Source: an uncultured virus (IMG/VR IMGVR_UViG_3300032246_002559)
Lineage: Duplodnaviria; Heunggongvirae; Uroviricota; Caudoviricetes
Reading direction: 5' to 3' (one strand)
IMG/VR virus record: IMGVR_UViG_3300032246_002559
Length of the DNA stretch: 64,000 bases
Shown here: positions 46,441 to 54,609 of the stretch, piece by piece
Numbering within the stretch: position 1 is the first letter of the stretch
Layout: the number at the start of each line of letters is the position of its first letter
The notes under the pieces: generated by a model
Databases searched by the model: none
What the model was told of the DNA's origin: nothing
Seen by the model: only the letters and a program-made list of their open reading frames with translations
Program-made: the position numbers and the translations under genes

Positions 46441-47257
46441 ACTCGGCCCCCTCGGGAGGGGTAAGAATAGGGTTGCCGGAATCGTCAAGGAAAGGCTTTT
46501 CGTCAACTAAGTAGTTGCCTTCAGCGTCGACTCGATCGCCATCACGATCGACGTATTCGCCAGCTTCATTGATATAGCGCCCCTCTTTGTCAACGAGGCG
46601 ACCTTCAGCATCCACCTTGCGACCCTGTTGGTCGACCAGATGGAGTGACTCATCACAGAACTTATATTTCTCAAGGAACTGGTTCTCGGGAAGCTTTTTT
46701 TCGTAATCTTCTTCGAGGTTATAGAGAATGCGTGCGAGGGCGCCAGCAGCCAGGCCAGTGGCGGGATCCTCTTCCCGACTCATATAGTCTTCATAGGACT
46801 TATAGTAGGGCTTGCCGTCGCCGGAATGAAGCGTGCAGGAAGACACGAAGAAGTTGAACTGGGCGTTGTCGGCCTGAGCTTCAGCAGAGTTGTTGTCGAG
46901 ACTACTCCGTTCGGAATTAAGGCCTCGAAGCTCAGCTCGATCCCGACGCAACTGAATGGCTAGATCTCGGGCGTCCGACAACTTAATGCCACCAGAACGA
47001 ATCTTGCGTTCCGAATCGGAAATCTTGCTTTGTAGCTTGCGGAGTTCAGCCTCTTTATTGTCGTCCCAGAGCTTCTGCTCGCGCATCACGCTCTCGATCT
47101 TTGCCCTTAGAATTGCGCCAGACTCAACCGCCTCACGGAAAGCCTTATTGTAGACCTTCTGTGCTTCCTGACGCTGTTTTGCATTAGGCCTCATGACAGC
47201 AAGTTCGATTTCCTTGTCGCCGTTCTTAACCTTGATAACTTTCTTATTCGTACTCAC
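46433..47257 (-). CDS. Putative tail assembly chaperone with C-terminal VDxxG repeats
   Basis: Between tail tube and TMP; coiled-coil then VDQQGRKVDAEGRLVDKEGRY..VDRDGDRVDAEG. Confidence 0.5.
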   Translation of the reverse strand: MSTNKKVIKVKNGDKEIELAVMRPNAKQRQEAQKVYNKAFREAVESGAILRAKIESVMREQKLWDDNKEAELRKLQSKISDSERKIRSGGIKLSDARDLAIQLRRDRAELRGLNSERSSLDNNSAEAQADNAQFNFFVSSCTLHSGDGKPYYKSYEDYMSREEDPATGLAAGALARILYNLEEDYEKKLPENQFLEKYKFCDESLHLVDQQGRKVDAEGRLVDKEGRYINEAGEYVDRDGDRVDAEGNYLVDEKPFLDDSGNPILTPPEGAESV

Positions 47258-47619
47258 GATTCATCCTCCACGGATAGGGTCTTCTGACATCGGTTCCAGT
47301 TGACCGTATATTGGGTCAACTCGTTCTCAACGGCACGCAATTGAGCGTTGCCGTTATTCAAAATCGTTCCGCGACATGCCTCCCAGACCTGTCGCCATTT
47401 CTCCTGCTTCGTGTCGCGTTGGCCGGGCGAGTTGTATCCCCACAGCTCGCCAAAGGCCTGTTCTACGGCGCTCAAGGCGCCGATAAACGCGGTACGCATT
47501 TTGGTAGTAAGAACCCTTTGAAGACGAACACGACTTTGGCGCTCGTAGTTCCTACGGTTCTCCTCTTCGATTTTCCGTGCTGCATCGGCAGCAGCCTCCA
47601 CTTGGTCATAACCATCCAC
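47254..47619 (-). CDS. Hypothetical protein (tail assembly region)
   Basis: 121 aa, GGAGG SD, overlaps the next gene. Confidence 0.55.
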   Translation of the reverse strand: MDGYDQVEAAADAARKIEEENRRNYERQSRVRLQRVLTTKMRTAFIGALSAVEQAFGELWGYNSPGQRDTKQEKWRQVWEACRGTILNNGNAQLRAVENELTQYTVNWNRCQKTLSVEDES

Positions 47620-47630
47620 AGCAGCCCTCC

Positions 47631-48719
47631 TTACTTACCCGGTGTCGCGCGGTTGGCCATCATATGGATTTCTCTACGCGAGTCGGGCATGTGCTGTTCC
47701 TCGACCTCGCCCTTGTTCGCAATATAGGCGAGTCTCTCTTTCTTAATCGCCTGAGCCTGGGGTCCGTTCAGAGCCTCGATATTCTGAAGGTCCTCGTCCG
47801 TCTCGGCGACAAGGAAAATCTCCCCAGAATCGGGCAGCTTTAGACCAGACAGGGCGGTCTCAGCAGTGGCCTCGCGGCGCTGGCGTTCTCTCTCTCGCCT
47901 CTGAATGATCAGCCAACCATCGAAAGCGTCGTCGTCCCGAATCAGCTCATCTCCTGGCGGGGAGGGGTGTTCTTGAAGTGATTCGTAGAGAAGGGACCAC
48001 GACACAAGATGTCGCTGCTCATCAGTCAAATCAGCGGCCGAACAGCCAAAAACGTCAGGGCAAACCTTTCTCGTGTTCCAGACCATCTGCCATGAATCAG
48101 AACGGGCTACGGCCCTCATGGTCACGTCAGCAACCTGAGCTTCCGAATAAGCCTCGACAGCAGCATCCAAAAGCACACTGTCTTGTCGGTAAAAGTCATC
48201 GCCCTTCCAGACACGCTTGCCTTTATCATCAAGAAGTCCACTCCCCACCAGATAGCGGGTGCGTGCGACCTGAGCGTAGCCCGTGGTGCCCATATGGGAG
48301 TAAGAGTTCTTGCGAATTAAGAGTCGGTCCAACTCGGACCTGGCGATGTGAAGGGCTGTCCGGGTAGCTTCTCTGTCTCGTGACTTAAAAAAAGATTTGA
48401 ATAGTCCGACCTTAAGTTCTTCAACATCTTTTCTGAGTGTCTTAACAGCTTTATCGTCGTCATCGGACCACAGGCCCTGAGAGCGCATCATGAGGACGAT
48501 TTCGTCGTCAGTCAGTAGCCCTTCGGTACCGCCTTCCTGACAAGCTTCAAAATAGACTTGCTGGGCCTTATAACGACGGAGACGCCGCGGCTGGCGGACA
48601 AGAAATGACCGTCCGTCGAAGTTGAAGCGTAAACAACCCGCAACAACGCGGGCGATAACAAGTTCCGGTTCCAAGGCGTCCTCCACGGGAAAAGGGGCCT
48701 CGAGGCCCCTCTCCGTCAT
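47631..48719 (-). CDS. Putative tail assembly chaperone
   Basis: Helical 362-aa protein directly downstream of the tail tube; PPGDELIRDDDAFDGWL. Confidence 0.5.
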   Translation of the reverse strand: MTERGLEAPFPVEDALEPELVIARVVAGCLRFNFDGRSFLVRQPRRLRRYKAQQVYFEACQEGGTEGLLTDDEIVLMMRSQGLWSDDDDKAVKTLRKDVEELKVGLFKSFFKSRDREATRTALHIARSELDRLLIRKNSYSHMGTTGYAQVARTRYLVGSGLLDDKGKRVWKGDDFYRQDSVLLDAAVEAYSEAQVADVTMRAVARSDSWQMVWNTRKVCPDVFGCSAADLTDEQRHLVSWSLLYESLQEHPSPPGDELIRDDDAFDGWLIIQRRERERQRREATAETALSGLKLPDSGEIFLVAETDEDLQNIEALNGPQAQAIKKERLAYIANKGEVEEQHMPDSRREIHMMANRATPGK

Positions 48720-48740
48720 CCTTTTCTAACCATCAGATGG

Positions 48741-49724
48741 TCAGGACTTGGCTACACTCATGTCGTTGAAAGTACGGAAGCTATAGGTCACCGTGCGGTT
48801 CCCACCGTCGGTACCGCCACCGTTGTAGTTGGCCGACTGAAGTTTGTTGCGGGTACCAAGGTCAACCGTGGTGCCATCCGCGAAAGCCACAATGATTGTT
48901 TCGTCGATGAGCTGATCGGCGTTGCCATCATTGGCCTGGGCGAAGTCACCAGAAGTCGTGAGAACCTCGAACTCCGTTGTCACTTCCACGGGAAACTTAA
49001 CGTAGCGGAAGAACGGGCCTTTGCGACCCAACTCCATCAGTTGTTCGCGACCCAAATTGCAGTTAACCGACAACGACTGGATGTGGGAGCTGAATCCAGA
49101 TCCTGCGATATCTGTAAGTTTGCCGGAGGAGTTAACGCCGGGGATAACTTTAGGGAATGTGCAGCTATCGACCACCAAATGCTGGCGACGAACGATACCG
49201 GAAGCTGCCGTTGGGGACTCGGAAGCTGGAGCATTGGGAGTCCAGTAGTTCTGGCCGCTAGCCCAGATCTTGTTGTTACCGACCAGAGTCATGGCCTCCG
49301 TAGCGTTGCCATCCATGGCCAGCTTGTAGCTGATGGCCGAAGCGTAGGCGCCGGAGACGAGGCACTGGGCAACAGGAGTTCCGGAAGCAGACACCGCTGT
49401 GTCGTCGTGAACCGACAGAACCAGGTTGCAGCGGCTGTTCGATCGACCGATCAGGCTGCCGTTCGCCCGGCCCGAAGTAGCCAAGTCGAACATAAGAGGA
49501 GTACCGTCAAGCACTCGCTCAAGCTGAACTTCAATTTGGGGAACGCCTTCAATGTTCTGATACAGACTGAGCATGCCCAACTCGTAGGCAGCTTCCAGAT
49601 TGTAGTTGGTGGTAATGGTGGCGGATTGCAAGCCACGCACTCGGGTATAGGATCCAGCGTTGGCGCCAGTGTGAGCGCCGATACCAACCGCAGTGACTGC
49701 GTAGAATACACGATTATTGGCCAC
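48741..49724 (-). CDS. Major tail (tube) protein
   Basis: Duplicated tube-fold pattern (GLQSATITT..YELG / IQSLSV..REQLMELG..FPVEVT); strong AAGGAG SD; upstream motif. Confidence 0.7.
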   Translation of the reverse strand: MANNRVFYAVTAVGIGAHTGANAGSYTRVRGLQSATITTNYNLEAAYELGMLSLYQNIEGVPQIEVQLERVLDGTPLMFDLATSGRANGSLIGRSNSRCNLVLSVHDDTAVSASGTPVAQCLVSGAYASAISYKLAMDGNATEAMTLVGNNKIWASGQNYWTPNAPASESPTAASGIVRRQHLVVDSCTFPKVIPGVNSSGKLTDIAGSGFSSHIQSLSVNCNLGREQLMELGRKGPFFRYVKFPVEVTTEFEVLTTSGDFAQANDGNADQLIDETIIVAFADGTTVDLGTRNKLQSANYNGGGTDGGNRTVTYSFRTFNDMSVAKS

Positions 49725-49770
49725 GTCTCTCTCCTTGTACTAATAATGCCCATTCAGGGCTGTCAGAAGG

Positions 49771-49780
49771 ATTTACACCG
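49771..49780 (-). promoter_or_regulatory. Putative late promoter motif CGGTGTAAAT
   Basis: Intergenic, 47 nt upstream of the tail tube start. Confidence 0.55.
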
Positions 49781-49803
49781 CAGCGATGATCAAATCGGCG
49801 ATC

Positions 49804-50787
49804 TTAGGGGAGGTCCACATAGATTGTGGCCTTAACGGAAGCGCGAAATAGAGGCGGCTTAGCGGGGACTTCATTTGAACGAATTTGGTCGAATGTCATT
49901 TTCCGCCAACGGTAAAGGCCAGATCCCGCTGCTGTGTCAACCATCTGGGGATAGGACAATCCGGATGGATTGAGAGTACCGTCGTACGCGAGAGGGAATC
50001 TTCCTTCCTGAGCCAGCTTCTTTTTATCGACGCCCTCGATGCGGCGCTCCCAATGTGAGACAACAATGTCATGTAGCTGTTTGAGGTCAAACTTTGTTTC
50101 GGCTACAATATGAAACATCACATCTTGGTAATGCACTCTCGACAGGTTTCCAAGCTGCAATCCCTCCATAGCGACTCGAGGAACAGCGCTTATTACAATA
50201 GCTGGTAGTTGGACGCGATTGGCAGACAACACATCCCAGGCCCCTGATCCGTTGGGAGATTGGAATTGGGGGTCCGCAGGATTCATGCTGTCAAATTGAA
50301 CGGCTTTGAACCAGGGGGCGTCATCCATATCAAGCCGGACATTCTTAAAAGAGTAGGCGCACCGCACCACGCTACCAGTGGCTACCGGGGTGTTAAATAA
50401 AATTCGCCCCTCTGGATAATTAACACGATATCCTGAGGGTCCGGAAGGAGAATTGCTCCGATACGTATCATTGACAAATAGGCCACTGATGGGAATTGCT
50501 TGACGTGAGTATTCGATACCAGACTCGTAAACCCAGTTGGAGCGGAACCCCTCCCAAATCTGCCCAGCCGTATAGCGCGGATCCCTAGCTGGACGAAGGG
50601 CAGATGGATCGTAGGCATGCGAACCGATACCGGAAGGGTAAGCTCCAGATGGGATGGTGACGTTAGTGAATGCGCCAACTCCGAGAAGGCCCCAGTTAAA
50701 AAATTGATAGCACGAAAATTCTAGTAAGTCGCTAACTAGCGGATCGCCATACTGCGAGGTGCCTGACAACTTGGTTAAGTCGCTCAC
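49804..50787 (-). CDS. Putative tail terminator / neck protein
   Basis: Position before the tail tube; C-terminal QLPAIVI..QLG..QDVMFHIVAE..LHDIV terminator-like pattern. Confidence 0.55.
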   Translation of the reverse strand: MSDLTKLSGTSQYGDPLVSDLLEFSCYQFFNWGLLGVGAFTNVTIPSGAYPSGIGSHAYDPSALRPARDPRYTAGQIWEGFRSNWVYESGIEYSRQAIPISGLFVNDTYRSNSPSGPSGYRVNYPEGRILFNTPVATGSVVRCAYSFKNVRLDMDDAPWFKAVQFDSMNPADPQFQSPNGSGAWDVLSANRVQLPAIVISAVPRVAMEGLQLGNLSRVHYQDVMFHIVAETKFDLKQLHDIVVSHWERRIEGVDKKKLAQEGRFPLAYDGTLNPSGLSYPQMVDTAAGSGLYRWRKMTFDQIRSNEVPAKPPLFRASVKATIYVDLP

Positions 50788-51473
50788 GACAGTTCCCTTC
50801 TGACCGCCTCTTGCATGGCGGCGGCGATGTTCATCAGTGCATCTAATCCCGCGCGCGTGATCCAGTTATTGCCTTGGACACCCGCATAATATTGTTTGAT
50901 GCGGAAATTCTTGCCGCTTCCCCCCGACGGCACCATGATTGCGTCTCCTGTGCGAGACGCTTGAGAATTAGTTCCATAGAGCACGTAGAAATCATCGATA
51001 ACTACGCTCGAGCCACTTTCAAGCAACCAAGTCAACCAGGGAACTTCATATCCGCTATTGCTTACAAAGCTAGCGTAAGAAGATTGGGTCAGAAAGGACA
51101 GCTCAGAGGGAACGATCAAGGCCTGAAGTCCGCCAAAGTCAGTAACCCGACCGACTCCTAGCCAGTTCGCTTTCACTGGTAGGGGTTTGATAACCAGAGC
51201 GTTGACGGCTAAGTCGACAATGCTGTCTGCCTGGCTACCTGGATTAGCAAGACCCAATTCACCCTGTAGACCAATGGCGCTGGGAGTATGGACGATCTGA
51301 AAAAGAGCCTGGTATTCGAGACGACGAGTGAGCGCCCGACGAAAATGAGCACGAGCATCTCGTTGAGCAATTTTTGCTGCGCGATCAAGACTGGATCGAA
51401 TTTGACTTGCCCAAGCTCGGACCAAGCCAGGACCGAACTGAGCCGCGTCAACAGTGACGTTCGCTCCGATCAT
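50784..51473 (-). CDS. Putative neck / tail completion protein
   Basis: ATGA-coupled start 51473; VPWLTWLL..G, NNWITRA; synteny. Confidence 0.5.
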   Translation of the reverse strand: MIGANVTVDAAQFGPGLVRAWASQIRSSLDRAAKIAQRDARAHFRRALTRRLEYQALFQIVHTPSAIGLQGELGLANPGSQADSIVDLAVNALVIKPLPVKANWLGVGRVTDFGGLQALIVPSELSFLTQSSYASFVSNSGYEVPWLTWLLESGSSVVIDDFYVLYGTNSQASRTGDAIMVPSGGSGKNFRIKQYYAGVQGNNWITRAGLDALMNIAAAMQEAVRRELS

Positions 51474-51991
51474 GCCCCCACCCTCGTCCAGGTGGCATTC
51501 CAAAACTTACCCTGAGCGATATTGTTCGTATCCACAGGTTCTCCGTATAGCTCATAAGTCAATCTAACGGCGAGGGATATTTCTGTTTGAACGATAATCT
51601 TGCGCGTCTGGAGGATGTCGGGGAGATCCTGCATTTTGCCCTTGGTGGTAATTACTCCGTCCGGAACCTGGTAGCGCGTTGGCATCCCCCCTAGGAATCT
51701 GCCGGGAACGGTCGATACCAGAAGCTTGACAGTGCGCGTGATTTCCCGAGCGTGAAGACCTTGTCCGTTGCATGATGGGCATACCGATCCATTGGGGAAT
51801 GGGAGAGGGCCACCCCCCCTCCAGTGATTAGATGATTTTTGACCAATCTCGTCATATAGACAATTTACGCAAGGTTCCCAGGTGGGTGGGTAAACCAGGA
51901 GACAATTTTTACCAAGATTGTCGATGAGATCCGTAATCGCCTGCTGGGCGACATCACGGATCTCTTGCTCGACTGAAAAGAGTGGCGGCAT
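51470..51991 (-). CDS. Putative head closure protein with Zn-finger insertion
   Basis: CVNC...CPSCNG; synteny in the neck module. Confidence 0.5.
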   Translation of the reverse strand: MPPLFSVEQEIRDVAQQAITDLIDNLGKNCLLVYPPTWEPCVNCLYDEIGQKSSNHWRGGGPLPFPNGSVCPSCNGQGLHAREITRTVKLLVSTVPGRFLGGMPTRYQVPDGVITTKGKMQDLPDILQTRKIIVQTEISLAVRLTYELYGEPVDTNNIAQGKFWNATWTRVGA

Positions 51992-52506
51992 TATTCTACC
52001 CGACGGCCAATGATGTTGAGATCGCCGACCACGCCCGAACCTCCGCCGGCTAGAGTGATGATCATGGCAGTGTTAGAACTACCGATCTTTGGCGGGTAAA
52101 AGTTAATGGTGTTGCTACCGCCTGAGGAGATGGGAGCCTTGAAAACCACGACGCCCGATCCGTCTTCAATCTTAACACTACCCGAAGTAGGTGTTGAGGA
52201 ATATCCGCAAGCGATACCAGTCACAACGTGGTTACGGCCCGGGCCAGCGGCGGGCAAATTGATTACTGCGGCGGCATTAGTGCCAGTCGCGTAGTCTCCA
52301 GAGGCAACGGGTATATTGATAACCTGGCGCCCTTCCCAGGCAAGATAGCGTTGATCCAAGGAGGTAGAAACCTTCCCGCTCTCAAATCCGGACACGACAT
52401 TGGCCCTACGATCGAAAGTAGTGACAAGGCCCGATGGGGCGCTTTGAGGTACTGCGATCACAACTGCCCCGTCGAGGACATTACCGCTAGTGTAGGCGAC
52501 ACTCAT
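51991..52506 (-). CDS. Putative virion decoration protein
   Basis: AAGGAG SD + ATG 52506; beta-rich, Ser-Gly-rich. Confidence 0.5.
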   Translation of the reverse strand: MSVAYTSGNVLDGAVVIAVPQSAPSGLVTTFDRRANVVSGFESGKVSTSLDQRYLAWEGRQVINIPVASGDYATGTNAAAVINLPAAGPGRNHVVTGIACGYSSTPTSGSVKIEDGSGVVVFKAPISSGGSNTINFYPPKIGSSNTAMIITLAGGGSGVVGDLNIIGRRVE

Positions 52507-52712
52507 GATTTCTCCTTGATAGACTGTGGCCAAAATAAATGACCGGAGAGGATACCAAATGCAAAAGGAAGGACTGGCGCCCGACGCGACCAGTCTAAAA
52601 TGACCATGCTAACTGAGGCGTCGTATCCCGACGTGATAATCGCATAAACGTCGTAAGCTCCCAGTAAAGCAGCCACTACAAGGAGAATGGCCTGCGTAAG
52701 AAGTCTGAACAT
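52503..52712 (-). CDS. Small membrane protein (possible holin)
   Basis: 69 aa, two hydrophobic segments, GHLFWPQ tail. Confidence 0.4.
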   Translation of the reverse strand: MFRLLTQAILLVVAALLGAYDVYAIITSGYDASVSMVILDWSRRAPVLPFAFGILSGHLFWPQSIKEKS

Positions 52713-52723
52713 ACCTACTCTCC

Positions 52724-53257
52724 TTAGCGAATAAACGTCTGACGGCCTTCGGGAACTGGATAATAGTTTTGGTCGCCATAGCCTGCAAATATTCGGAAAG
52801 GCGTCATGATTGCGGCACCCGCTACGACACCGAACCTTCCCGTCTTGTAATCCATCTTGACGTCTTCATAGACCTTGCAGTAACCATCCTTTAGAAGCTT
52901 GAGCCGCCCCTCAAGAGGGCCACGCAAGTCGATGGCTGAACTTCCATCGCGAATGGAAATACCCTGGCGCACAGCATTGCGAGCCTCACCCCTCTCGGCA
53001 ATACATGCGGCCTTTAGGCATACAAGATTGATGAAATTGTCATCGCGAGTATTCTCTTCGCGATCAGTAGGGTCGGGAGTGATCGTCAATCCTTGAAGAT
53101 CAGCTATAAACACTTGAAAAAATTGCAATTCTGACAACACAAGCTGCGCAGCAGCCGTAATCGTCTGAGACAGCCTTTGATCGCTGAATCGGTACGGTAC
53201 AATGAGATCGTCGAGAAGAACCCTCATGAGGGTCCCCATTTCAGCTTGCCATGCCAT
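52724..53257 (-). CDS. Putative head-tail adaptor
   Basis: MRVLLDD..YRFSDQRL..LKAAC..IRDG..ID pattern of helical adaptors. Confidence 0.55.
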   Translation of the reverse strand: MAWQAEMGTLMRVLLDDLIVPYRFSDQRLSQTITAAAQLVLSELQFFQVFIADLQGLTITPDPTDREENTRDDNFINLVCLKAACIAERGEARNAVRQGISIRDGSSAIDLRGPLEGRLKLLKDGYCKVYEDVKMDYKTGRFGVVAGAAIMTPFRIFAGYGDQNYYPVPEGRQTFIR

Positions 53258-53269
53258 TGTACACCTCCC

Positions 53270-53572
53270 TTACAGGAGATACACCGACAACCGACCAGTC
53301 ACAGGCGTCAGAACGTGACCGTTGGCTAGCACGAGGCGTATTTCAAATGGATGAAATCCATTACCGAGATAATACATAGTTGCTCTGGCGATAAAGAGAC
53401 GCACTTGACCGTCGACGTAGGTAACACTCATTGACAAACCGCCCCTAAATAATGCTTCTGCCGTTGAGAAGGGGGGGGAATACGCAGTAATCACAAGCGG
53501 GTCAGTCCAACGATCCACCAGGAGTTCATACTCTAGATGGGGAACGCGAAAGTCTGGCAATTGAATTAGCAT
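53270..53572 (-). CDS. Hypothetical Ig/BppU-like protein
   Basis: FEIRLVLANG..TPVTGRLSV resembles the C-terminus of the upstream gene. Confidence 0.4.
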   Translation of the reverse strand: MLIQLPDFRVPHLEYELLVDRWTDPLVITAYSPPFSTAEALFRGGLSMSVTYVDGQVRLFIARATMYYLGNGFHPFEIRLVLANGHVLTPVTGRLSVYLL

Positions 53573-54213
53573 TAGCCTGTAAAGGGACTGCGTACGTTGA
53601 AGTATCCGGTCAGCAACGTCAGGTTGTGGTTGTTGGTCAAGGTCGTGGAAATCTCAAAGGACCATCTGCCAACGCCTATCTCATTAAGTTCGGCCCTTGA
53701 GAATTCAATGCGGATGATGTTTCCCGCCAGAACAGGAAGCACCTCCCTAAATCCACCCCTCCTGCTATTAATAGACAATCGAACAATCGATTCGGCTAGC
53801 GATGGCCATGTGTCATTAGTCACATCGATGGCTCGCCCCTCAGCGGCGAAATAGTCATCAGTCACACGAAGTTCTACGGGTGTCCCCTCGTCAGCAGCAG
53901 TTGGTATGCTGAATGTGGGAACCTTGATGGCAGACGTGAGACGAGAAGAAATGGGGGCGTCGACATACTCCAAAAGTTCTGGATTCACGGTGACGAAAGC
54001 CATAAGGCTGCCAGCACTAAGGAATTTGACACCGCCCCTGAAATTCTGTGGGAATTGCTCGTAAGTCCACATGTAGTTGCCAACACCAATCTCTACGAAG
54101 CCCCCCGTAATCAAAGAGCCTGTATTAGATCCGTTCTGTGCCACCAACTGTGCTGATAAGGTAAGCCCAGTCTTAGATGTTCCAAGAACGACACCGATCG
54201 TAGCCTTGTACAT
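53572..54213 (-). CDS. Putative virion protein with BppU-like C-terminal domain
   Basis: IRIEFSRAEL..GRWSFEI..TLLTGYFNV. Confidence 0.45.
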   Translation of the reverse strand: MYKATIGVVLGTSKTGLTLSAQLVAQNGSNTGSLITGGFVEIGVGNYMWTYEQFPQNFRGGVKFLSAGSLMAFVTVNPELLEYVDAPISSRLTSAIKVPTFSIPTAADEGTPVELRVTDDYFAAEGRAIDVTNDTWPSLAESIVRLSINSRRGGFREVLPVLAGNIIRIEFSRAELNEIGVGRWSFEISTTLTNNHNLTLLTGYFNVRSPFTG

Positions 54214-54222
54214 GATTGCCCC

Positions 54223-54609
54223 TTAAGACAGTGCTGCGTCAACCTCAGCCTGACTCAGAAGGCCAGCATCCCTCATCGCGTGAAGTCCAGCAATCAAACG
54301 CGTATTGTTGAGGTCAACAGAACCACTCGCCAGTAGGCGATCATACCACAGGCGAACAACAGGATTGGACTGCGCAGCCGTGACAATTGCCAACTGCGTG
54401 GCGTCCGAAAAACGATCCATAAAGTCTAGCGACCAAACGAGCCTTGCGGGTGGTGGCTCTACCCAGTTGTCCACAATAGACTGGGCTGCTGCTCGTTGCT
54501 CAGGGGTTGACGCAGAATCAAACTGAATCTCGTAGCTGCCATCCTGAAATAGCGAAATGCCCTGAATTGGGCAGACTAATTCTACGGCATTGTGAATGTT
54601 TGTTAGCAT
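54223..54609 (-). CDS. Putative tail fibre assembly/chaperone protein
   Basis: Follows a fibre gene; CPIQGIS..ATPEQRAAAQ and FMDRF..Q.AI..AA..W..GL..AGLL patterns. Confidence 0.5.
   Translation of the reverse strand: MLTNIHNAVELVCPIQGISLFQDGSYEIQFDSASTPEQRAAAQSIVDNWVEPPPARLVWSLDFMDRFSDATQLAIVTAAQSNPVVRLWYDRLLASGSVDLNNTRLIAGLHAMRDAGLLSQAEVDAALS

Noticed and set aside
46433..48719. Programmed -1 frameshift in tail chaperone genes
   Set aside because: I found no convincing slippery heptamer near the ORF ends, and the ORFs have their own starts
49041..49835. 264-aa + strand ORF (and similar antisense ORFs such as 30450-31082, 31836-32432, 56073-56666)
   Set aside because: Shadow frames opposite well-supported - strand genes; no recognisable motifs or SD
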